IMG/VR virus record: IMGVR_UViG_3300032284_001133
Span: 20,061 to 84,060 of that record
DNA length: 64,000 nucleotides
Strand: one strand, 5' to 3'
Source of the DNA: a virus
Shown: one piece after another, positions 39,701-47,689 of the stretch
Layout: each line of letters starts with the position of its first letter
How positions within the stretch are numbered: position 1 is the stretch's first letter
Notes under the pieces: model-generated
Database searches by the model: none
The model's input: the letters and a program-made list of their open reading frames with translations, nothing else
What the model was told of the DNA's origin: nothing
Translations under genes and position numbers: made by a program

Positions 39701-42700
39701 TTGCGGCAATTCAATATTGGAATCAAGGCGATTCTAATATTCCTAACGAATCATATCAAACAATTCAAGCAGTTAAGTATCTAAAAACTTTAGCAGAACA
39801 AGTTGTTACAAATACAACAGGTACACGTTATCAATCAACCGTAACTCAAGTATTAACAGCATACACAGCAACTTCTGTCGAACAATCAATTATTGGTACA
39901 GATTTTGATGTCATTACTAATATTATGAGTAATGGTATTGCAGGAGTAACTGATAATATTGTTCCTAACAGTTTAACTTCTAGCACAAATACTGCAACCG
40001 TTGCGGCATTTAGAAATTTACAAGCAAATAAATTATTTTTGCAAAATGAAGTTATTGCTTATGTAAATGCAAATAAAAACTTTACATACAATTCTACTTC
40101 ATGTGGACGCGATACTGGATTGTTAGTCGATGCTGTAGCATTTGATTTATTATACCCAACTCCTACAGATAGCCAATCAACTTTTGCGGCTATTCAATAT
40201 TATAACCAAAGTGGTTATATTACTAACATTGCAGGAGAAATTACAACTACTACAAATGCAGTTAACTATCTAAAATCGTTAGCACAAAAAGTTATTGTAA
40301 ACGATAAGACTGGTACACGTTATCAAACTGCTATTGCACAAACAACCGGTACAGCGGCAACAAGTGCTGAACAAACTGCAATCGCAAACGATTTTACAGT
40401 TATTACAAATATCTTAACTGGCGGAGTTGCAAATATTACTGACACTATTGTTCCTAACGGAGCCGCAAGCACCAGCACCAGTATTTTAAACGCTTACAAC
40501 TTGTTAGAAGCCAACAAGGCATACTTACAAGCAGAAACAATTGCCTATATTGATGCAACACGTACAGGAACATTTGTTTATAATGAAAAGAAATGCAAGC
40601 GCGATACAGGTATTATTATCGACGATATTTCTCGTGATTTATATTTTGGTGGCACTAGTCAAAGTACGTTTGCTGGTTTACAATATTGGAATCAAAACGG
40701 TTATACCGGCGCTATTGCTAGTGAAATCACAACAACTACAAATTCTATTAACTATCTAAGTCAGTTGGCTCAGCAAATTGTTACAAATGATACAAGCGGT
40801 ACACGTTACAGCGGCGGCACACAGATTACAAATCCAATTGCCGCAGGTTCGAGTGCAGAAGCCGCAATCCTTGCCGCAGATTTTTCTGTAATTACAGATA
40901 TTCTAACAAACGGCACAGCAGGAGTAACTGATAAAATTGTTGCAAACGGAATTGTTGCAAGTTCTACACAAACTGTAATTAATTCTTACAACTTATTGGC
41001 GGCTAACCGTGCATACCTACAGGCAGAAGTTGTTGCTTGGGTAGAAGCACAGTATCCTACATTCGCATTTGACTCTTCTAAGTGCTTCCGTGATGTAGGC
41101 TACATGGTAGATAGTGTTAGCTTTGACTTATTGTATGGCGGTAATCGTCAAGCAATTCAGTCAGGTGTTTATTACTATAGTTTTAATGCTAGCTCATCTG
41201 CAATACCAGGTGAACAAACACAGACTATTGCGGCTTACAACTTTATGTCAAATTTGATTGGACAAATTGTTACCAACACAACTGCAACAACTTACCAATC
41301 TAAAGTTTCTCAAGTAAGAAGCCTACCAGCGGCAACCAGTTCTGAAGCAACTACACTTCAAGCAAAACTTACAAACATTGTAAACATTATTACAAATGGT
41401 CCAAGTGTAGCACCTACTAAGACAGCTATTACAAAAACACCAAGTGGTAATGCTAATGTTGCTAAAGCAGTTGCGATTATAGAAGCAAACAAAGCATTTA
41501 TCCAGGCAGAAGTTACAGCATGGATTAATCAAACATACAATATTTTCTCATACGATGAAGATAAATGCTCACGTGATGTTGGTTATATGATCGACTCAGT
41601 TGCATTTGACTTGGTACATGGCGGCAATCGTCAGGCAATTCAGTCAGGTGTAGCATACTATAATTACACTGGAGTAAATTCAGTGGGAACAGAGCTTCCA
41701 CAAATTAATGCGGCCTATGCTAGATTAAAATCTGTGATTAATACTATCGTCACAGGCGGCACAGTTGTTAGAAGTACCAGCAATACTTCTACTCAAGTAA
41801 CCGGTCTACCATCAGCAACTATTACTGAAGCAAATGCATTAGGTGCCAAAGTTGATTATATCTTAAGTGTAATTAACGGAGGAACTGGCGTTGCAAATAC
41901 TCTTACACCTATCAGTTTAACTGCAAGTTCTGATGTAAATGTACAACGTGCATTTACAATTCTTGAAGCAAACAGAACATTTATTACAAAAGAAATTGTT
42001 GCTTATGTAAACGATAACTTTGCTAACTTTACATACTTGCCGTCAACCTGTGCTCGCGATGTTGGATACATCGTTGATTCTGTAAGTTTTGACTTGGTAT
42101 ATGGCGGTAACAGACAAGCTACGCAAAGCGGTGTTTATTATTTTGGACATAACGGTAGTTCTACTGTTATTCCTGGCGAACAAACACAAACTGTTGCGGC
42201 TTATAACTTTATCAAATCATTAATTTCTAATATTGTAGTTGGTACACAGATTGCTGAGCCACAACAAGATAGAATATTACAAATTGTTTCAACAAGCACA
42301 GGCACATCTAGTGAAATTACTCTTGCAGATTCGTTGGTTGATAATATTACTAATATTATTACTAATGGTCCAAGCGTTGCTCCTAGCCCAACATCTATTA
42401 CACTAGCACCTAGTACAGATACCAACGTAGTTAATGCAACCAAGTTACTAGAAGCAAATAGAGATTTTATAACAGCCGAAGTTATTGCCTATATTGGAAA
42501 TACATTCCATACGCAATTTAATTACAACGAAGCAATATGCGCTCGTGATACAGGATTGATTATAGATGCTCTTGCACAAGATTTAGTATTTGGTGGAACA
42601 AGTCAAAGTACGTTTGCTGGAATTCAATATTATACACAAGGTTCTACGTTTATTCCTGGAGAAATAACAACTACAACAAATGCTATTAACTACGCAAAAC

Positions 42701-45700
42701 AAATAGCACAAAAAATAGTGTTAAATGACACAACGGGCTATAGATATCAAAGTACTGTAACTCAAATTACAACTATAACACAGGCTACAATTAATGAAGT
42801 TAATGCAATATCGAATGATTTTGGAATTATTACAACAATTCTAAACAACGGTATTGCTGGTGTTACAGACACTATTGTTCCTAATAGTTTAACAGCAAGT
42901 ACAGATGCAAATATTGTCAATGCCTATAACAATTTGCAAGCAAATAAATCTTATATTCAAAATGAAGTTGTTGCTTATGTAAATGCAACATCTAATTTTC
43001 AATACAATAATGCAACCTGTTTTAGAGATGTTGGATTAATTGTAGATAGTTTAGCATTTGATTTGTTATATCCTACAACTAATAACAGTCAGTCGACATT
43101 TGCGGCTATTCAATACTGGAATCAAAATGGTTACACAGGTTCAATTGGCAGTGAAATTACAACAACTACCAATTCAATTGTATATCTAAGTCAATTAGCA
43201 CAAAAAATTGTAGTAGGCGATAAGAGCGGTACACGTTATCAAAGCATTATATCGCAAACTACAGGAACTAACATTGGCTTGCCACAAGACGCGGCCGCTG
43301 TTGGTAACGATTTTGGTATTGTTTTAGATATTTTAAGCACAGGTCCTGCAAGTGTAACTGAAGCAATTATATCAAACGGTAGAGCAAGTAATACAACTTC
43401 TACAAATAATGCCTACAATTTATTATTAAATAATCTTGCTTATATGCAAGCAGAAGTTTTAGCCTATATTACAACAACAGCACCTACTTTTGCATATAAT
43501 ACAAGCACATGTATGCGTGATGTAGGGTACATTGTTGATAGTGTTGCATTTGATTTACTACATGGTGGCAATCGCCAGGCAATTCAAGCTGGTACTTATT
43601 ACTATGGTTATAGTTCAACAAGTACAGCGGTACCTAATGAACTACCTCAAGTAACAGCCGCATACAACTATATGAAGAGCGTAATTGCTTCTATAGTAAC
43701 AGGTCAAACTATAACTCCTAGTGTAGGTAATACAGTTCCTCAAGTAACATACATGTTACCTGCAGGTACTACTGAAGTTAGCACACTAAACAGTCTAATT
43801 GACAAAATTGTTAATGTTATCAATAATGGTCCTGATACTGTTACTGCTAAGACACCAATATCATTAGTAGGTAGTACAAGTCAAACCGCAGACAATGCAT
43901 TTAATTTATTAATAGCAAATAGAGAATTTATACAATCAGAAGTTACTTCATGGATTAATAATAAATTCTGTGGATTCAACTACGATGAAGCTAAGTGTTT
44001 CCGAGATGTTGGTTATATGATTGACAGTGTAAGTTTTGATTTGTTGCACGGCGGAAACAAACAAGCAGTTCAAAGCGGAGTTTACTACTACGGTCATAGT
44101 ACAAGTACTACTGTTCCACCTACTGAAATTCCACAGGTAACTGCGGCCTACGAATTTATTTCTAGTATTAGTTCTAAGATTGTAACTAACACTCTTGTTG
44201 CTCCGTATCAAAATAAAGTTACACAAGTAATTAACACAGGTACAAGTGCATCTGCCGCAGATATTGCAGACATCAAGAGTAATTTAAGTTTAATTACTAA
44301 TATTATTAGCAATGGACCAAGCGTGGCTCCGAGTCCTACATCAATTCCATTGACTGCTAGTGTAACAACAAGCACATTGGCAGCAGGAGCGTTGTTAGAA
44401 GCTAATAGAGCATTTATTGTAGCAGAAACTATTTCTTATATAAATCAAACATATGACACAGGATTTGCCTACAATGTTGCTAATTGTAATAGAGATACTG
44501 GACTAATTGTAGATAGTCTAGCATTTGATTTATTGTTTGGCGGAGAAAGTCAAAGTGCATTTGCTGGTTTACAGTATTGGAATCAAGATACCTATACAGG
44601 AAATATTGGAACCGAAGTTACAACTACTACTAATGCAATTAGATACCTAAGAGAAATTGCTCAAAAGGTTATTTTAAATGAAACAATTACTAACTCAGTT
44701 GGTAATACTGCTACTCAGGTAATTAACTTACCAGTTGGTAGTGTTGCGGCAGCTACATCAGTATACAACAATATTGATTTAATTGCTAATATATTACTAA
44801 ATGGTTCTGCAGGTATAACTGATCAAATTATTCCTAATGGAATTGCATCTACTGATACTGGTATTACAAATGCTTATGCGATATTAGAAGCCAACAAGGC
44901 ATTCTTACAAACAGAAGTTGTTGCACGTATTAACGCAGATAATCCAGACTTTAACTACAACCAAGCAACCTGTTATAGAGATGTTGGTTACATCGTTGAT
45001 AGTATAAGTTTTGATTTGTTATACGGCGGCAACAGACAAAGTATACAGAGCGGTGTTTACTATTACAACTTTAACGGAACTGAAACTATTGTTAAAGATG
45101 AAATGCCACAGGTAACCGCAGCCTACAAATATATAAGAGATATGATTCCTTATATTATTACTGGTACACTAATTCCTCAATCGTATCAGTCTAAAGTATA
45201 TCAAAATTCTAAAAATATAGTTTCTCAAATAACTGACATAGCAGTTGGCACCGGTTCTGAAGTTACAGAAATACAAGGTAGTTTAGATTTAATCACTAAT
45301 ATTATTAGCGAAGGTCCAAGTGTTGCTCCTTCTAAGGTTCCTATTGGGTTAACTCCAAATACGTCTGCAAACGTAGTAAACGCTTTCAATATTTTATTAG
45401 CGAATAGAGCATTTATACAAGCGGAAGTACTGGCTTTTGTAGATTATTCATATACATATAATCCTCCATATAACAAAAATAAATGTTATAGAGATATGGG
45501 TTCAATTGTAGATGCAATAATTTACGATTTAACATATGGCGGAAACTATAGATCTATTAACGTTGGTAATGGATATTATTATAGACAAGGTCAATACCAT
45601 GTTATTACATTAGAACAAAACGTTCTAGACCCAACATTGTTTATAGATGGTGCAACAGTTAACTTCTATCAACAAAGTTATATTTCAGCGTCTGGATATC

Positions 45701-45954
45701 TGTTTGAGTATGTAGGTGCTGGTACGCAATACGGCGCACTACCTCAAGTAGGTACAGCCGATCCGGTACAAAGCAAGGAGGTTGTACAACTAAACAACGG
45801 TAAAGTATTCTTTACATCAACTGACCAAAACGGAGATTTCCGCATAGGACCAAGTTTGGTTATTAGTCAGGCAACTGGTGTGTTAAGCGGTCGAACTTTC
45901 CAAAAGAGTTTGTATGCAGAAATGACACCGTTTGTATTAGTAATAGGAGCTTAA
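36745..45954 (+). CDS. Giant putative virion protein, paralogue of 31209..36326, with 14 CxRD-type modules
   Basis: Same beta-helix core and near-identical C-terminus (GRTFQKSLYAEMTPF); 13 CxRD motifs plus one FRD variant. Confidence 0.8.
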   Translation: MPKLLSNRKPVFPPNKLTDDRFKYLGLSQAQPALGEAPTQNEGYTIQTDGTGKATFSDTLGQLKFVSQNISTTLPGDMTFTNTNGNIVISPYVKAQINGNFEVEGDILVKGKNPLGTAPVVSNVLYVTMDGDDKNDGRAMDATRACRTISGAVRSPYYQEGTVIKVSSGHYYEENPIPLKGYTCVIGDDLRTVFIEPLNRDQDLFHVNSGVYVAQMQMRNLRRGSVERYAPGGAGTYTTGAYCVAFPPSLTDPIDLYYSPYIQNCTNQTGPWLMDGTMFVPNQTVQIPLAAGTATWSANTNTITVAVNLGTISVGMAVNDAANEGYRNAQLLLQENKVFLQTEVNAFINTEYSSLVYDTSLSFRDVGTLVDAVSGDARFGGNGRSIIAGLSYWNGNTSVLTTNESLACVAAINYLATLAQSIITNTTIASPYQNSVSQTIDNSLSGGSVVSTRITNLFSIITSIITGGPGSEPARVDDLYGLIYPTGLSPNQVNNASTVTNVVDNGGGSFTITLSSPTVSESDDATLYFGYTTVYPYLDADIPDYWSTSTNADRRLDPHGAGGGALVDGNAPSLKSPIQSFVFDAFTQVTQGGHGIHIINNGYAQLVSVFTLFCDQAVTTENGGIASITNSNANFGDLCLVSKGLGKLDFSGIVWNPPYPTNRPNGQFYPLGYWPQRQQMEVFIPNSVNRPHIGLVMEVVPPDTYLDYSSNRVPYVNSEGYPGYLVAASNTGTITTGSYTISGIDTTDIAVGHTLYIRDIYGLEGPYGSTTTYVTTGTQVVDVGFQTVTLDQPILTGGGDVTNPNYLNLYFCGNAYYTVLSSQIDETLSHTGSVATSVIPGEVTTTANAIAYARDLAVQIIANQTATLYQTDVAQIIDPTFNTGGPQGPTIIDRFNDIIGVITGGNPQLEYNINGQFKKTDQSVLDAAKLLEKNRNFIQAQTAAYADTLWPSRYSYNAEICARDTGLIVDAIAQDMLFSGTSQSTFAAIQYWNQGDSNIPNESYQTIQAVKYLKTLAEQVVTNTTGTRYQSTVTQVLTAYTATSVEQSIIGTDFDVITNIMSNGIAGVTDNIVPNSLTSSTNTATVAAFRNLQANKLFLQNEVIAYVNANKNFTYNSTSCGRDTGLLVDAVAFDLLYPTPTDSQSTFAAIQYYNQSGYITNIAGEITTTTNAVNYLKSLAQKVIVNDKTGTRYQTAIAQTTGTAATSAEQTAIANDFTVITNILTGGVANITDTIVPNGAASTSTSILNAYNLLEANKAYLQAETIAYIDATRTGTFVYNEKKCKRDTGIIIDDISRDLYFGGTSQSTFAGLQYWNQNGYTGAIASEITTTTNSINYLSQLAQQIVTNDTSGTRYSGGTQITNPIAAGSSAEAAILAADFSVITDILTNGTAGVTDKIVANGIVASSTQTVINSYNLLAANRAYLQAEVVAWVEAQYPTFAFDSSKCFRDVGYMVDSVSFDLLYGGNRQAIQSGVYYYSFNASSSAIPGEQTQTIAAYNFMSNLIGQIVTNTTATTYQSKVSQVRSLPAATSSEATTLQAKLTNIVNIITNGPSVAPTKTAITKTPSGNANVAKAVAIIEANKAFIQAEVTAWINQTYNIFSYDEDKCSRDVGYMIDSVAFDLVHGGNRQAIQSGVAYYNYTGVNSVGTELPQINAAYARLKSVINTIVTGGTVVRSTSNTSTQVTGLPSATITEANALGAKVDYILSVINGGTGVANTLTPISLTASSDVNVQRAFTILEANRTFITKEIVAYVNDNFANFTYLPSTCARDVGYIVDSVSFDLVYGGNRQATQSGVYYFGHNGSSTVIPGEQTQTVAAYNFIKSLISNIVVGTQIAEPQQDRILQIVSTSTGTSSEITLADSLVDNITNIITNGPSVAPSPTSITLAPSTDTNVVNATKLLEANRDFITAEVIAYIGNTFHTQFNYNEAICARDTGLIIDALAQDLVFGGTSQSTFAGIQYYTQGSTFIPGEITTTTNAINYAKQIAQKIVLNDTTGYRYQSTVTQITTITQATINEVNAISNDFGIITTILNNGIAGVTDTIVPNSLTASTDANIVNAYNNLQANKSYIQNEVVAYVNATSNFQYNNATCFRDVGLIVDSLAFDLLYPTTNNSQSTFAAIQYWNQNGYTGSIGSEITTTTNSIVYLSQLAQKIVVGDKSGTRYQSIISQTTGTNIGLPQDAAAVGNDFGIVLDILSTGPASVTEAIISNGRASNTTSTNNAYNLLLNNLAYMQAEVLAYITTTAPTFAYNTSTCMRDVGYIVDSVAFDLLHGGNRQAIQAGTYYYGYSSTSTAVPNELPQVTAAYNYMKSVIASIVTGQTITPSVGNTVPQVTYMLPAGTTEVSTLNSLIDKIVNVINNGPDTVTAKTPISLVGSTSQTADNAFNLLIANREFIQSEVTSWINNKFCGFNYDEAKCFRDVGYMIDSVSFDLLHGGNKQAVQSGVYYYGHSTSTTVPPTEIPQVTAAYEFISSISSKIVTNTLVAPYQNKVTQVINTGTSASAADIADIKSNLSLITNIISNGPSVAPSPTSIPLTASVTTSTLAAGALLEANRAFIVAETISYINQTYDTGFAYNVANCNRDTGLIVDSLAFDLLFGGESQSAFAGLQYWNQDTYTGNIGTEVTTTTNAIRYLREIAQKVILNETITNSVGNTATQVINLPVGSVAAATSVYNNIDLIANILLNGSAGITDQIIPNGIASTDTGITNAYAILEANKAFLQTEVVARINADNPDFNYNQATCYRDVGYIVDSISFDLLYGGNRQSIQSGVYYYNFNGTETIVKDEMPQVTAAYKYIRDMIPYIITGTLIPQSYQSKVYQNSKNIVSQITDIAVGTGSEVTEIQGSLDLITNIISEGPSVAPSKVPIGLTPNTSANVVNAFNILLANRAFIQAEVLAFVDYSYTYNPPYNKNKCYRDMGSIVDAIIYDLTYGGNYRSINVGNGYYYRQGQYHVITLEQNVLDPTLFIDGATVNFYQQSYISASGYLFEYVGAGTQYGALPQVGTADPVQSKEVVQLNNGKVFFTSTDQNGDFRIGPSLVISQATGVLSGRTFQKSLYAEMTPFVLVIGA
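39500..45590 (+). repeat. Tandem array of ~160-aa (477-513 nt) protein modules
   Basis: Cys codons of CxRD at 39625, 40102, 40594, 41083, 41566, 42049, 42538, 43018, 43510, 43996, 44485, 44971 and 45484. Confidence 0.9.
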
Positions 45955-45955
45955 T

Positions 45956-47674
45956 GTGAGCTTTGGTTTAATTAGTGGCGCACAGAAGAACCCGAGCTCG
46001 ACTAGCGGATATATTACCTTAAGTAATACGCAGGCCGCGTTAGGTAACACCCCTACAACCAGTACGGGTTATACAATTATTACTGTTAATTCTCAAACGT
46101 CTTATGCAAATTCGTTAGGTAGAATTAATTTTACTTTTACTAATACTGCTTCGTTTATAGAAAGTAATATTACTAATGGCAATGTTGTTTACAATCCAAA
46201 CGGAACCGGGTCACTAACTTTAAATGGTCCAGTATATATTCCAAATTTGCAAACATCTAGCGGTTTTAAAGGACCTGTTAAGGTTGCAACTACAAGCGAT
46301 GTTACTTTAATAGGTGGTGCACCTAATGCAGTTGACGGAGTTTCTCTACTAGTAAACGATCGAATATTAGTATTAGATCAAATTACTCCTTCGCAAAATG
46401 GTATATATGTAGTTTCTTATTTAGGCGTAGGATCTAATGGTACATGGGTAAGAAGTACTGATGCACAAACTTCAGATAAACTTGCAAGTGCGATTGTTAA
46501 CGTAGAGTATGGTTCTACTCACGGTGGCAAATACTATTATACAACATTTACTCCTTCAAATGTGATAGATGTAGATCCAGATTATTGGTATGAAATAATC
46601 ACAGACACGTTACCTCAATCTTTAAAAAATAAATCAATCGATGCTAGCCCAATTGGATTAAACTCAGCATCAGTTGCAACTTTTGTAAACACATTAATTA
46701 CAGGAGGTGCGCAGTCTTACGATATTAACAGCGGAGATTTACAAGTATACGGAGGCACCGGTATTAGAGAAAATCTAAATGTCGGCGGTCAAACAAACAT
46801 TTTAAATATTACTAGTGCAACTAGTTCTTTTACTGGTGCGTTAATTGTTGCCGGTGGAGTTGGCGTAGCAGGAGATATATACGCAAATCATTTTTATTCA
46901 AATGGCGTTCCTTTAAACAATTTATATTGGAACGGCGGAAATATTACTTCTGCGTTGAATATTCAAAATCCTTCTGAATCTACAAATACCTATTCTGGTG
47001 CATTAATTGTTTTAGGCGGTGCTGGTATAGGACAAAGTTTATATGTAGGTAAGAAAATTGTTGTAGAAAGTCGTGTAGTTACCGATAGTGTTAGCATTAC
47101 TATGCGAAATACTGCAACCAATGGACAAAGTTACACATGGAATGTTGGTGGAAATAATGCCGCAGGTCAAGGCGGCACTTCTCTAAATGAAGGTAGTTTA
47201 ACTTTATATAGCGACACAGCTAAAACTTATCGTTTAGCTGTATCAAAAACAACAGGAAATCTTCTAGTAGGACAACAATATGACAACGGTGTAGACAAAT
47301 TACAGGTTGCAGGTAGTATACAGTATGGATCTGCCAATTTGTTTACACAAGTAACCAGTATAAATAACACAAGTACTACAGTAATTGACAGTTTTTCAGC
47401 CGCAAGCTACAGAACTGCTAAGAGTTTAGTGCAAATTGCCAGTGGAATTGGTCCTACAGCATCATTCAACGTAATAGAAGTTGTTGTATTGTTAGATAAT
47501 ATTGGTAATGTTTACTTGTCAGAATACGGTATTATTACTACAGGAGCAGGAGAAATGGGCAAATTTGACGCTGATTATAACGTAGGTGGAAATGGTCTAG
47601 TAAGATTGTTGTTTACTCCAGCAAGCGCATCAAACAAAACTATTACCGTAGCAAGACAAAGTATCAGCAGGTAA
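45956..47674 (+). CDS. Putative fibre/decoration protein
   Basis: KGPVKVATT...DGVSLLVNDRILVLDQ...NGIYVV...WVRSTDA domain, TGALxVxGGxG repeats, and a C-terminal YRTAKxLVQI...EV...VYxSEYG domain. Confidence 0.75.
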   Translation: MSFGLISGAQKNPSSTSGYITLSNTQAALGNTPTTSTGYTIITVNSQTSYANSLGRINFTFTNTASFIESNITNGNVVYNPNGTGSLTLNGPVYIPNLQTSSGFKGPVKVATTSDVTLIGGAPNAVDGVSLLVNDRILVLDQITPSQNGIYVVSYLGVGSNGTWVRSTDAQTSDKLASAIVNVEYGSTHGGKYYYTTFTPSNVIDVDPDYWYEIITDTLPQSLKNKSIDASPIGLNSASVATFVNTLITGGAQSYDINSGDLQVYGGTGIRENLNVGGQTNILNITSATSSFTGALIVAGGVGVAGDIYANHFYSNGVPLNNLYWNGGNITSALNIQNPSESTNTYSGALIVLGGAGIGQSLYVGKKIVVESRVVTDSVSITMRNTATNGQSYTWNVGGNNAAGQGGTSLNEGSLTLYSDTAKTYRLAVSKTTGNLLVGQQYDNGVDKLQVAGSIQYGSANLFTQVTSINNTSTTVIDSFSAASYRTAKSLVQIASGIGPTASFNVIEVVVLLDNIGNVYLSEYGIITTGAGEMGKFDADYNVGGNGLVRLLFTPASASNKTITVARQSISR

Positions 47675-47689
47675 TATCAAGGAATAATA

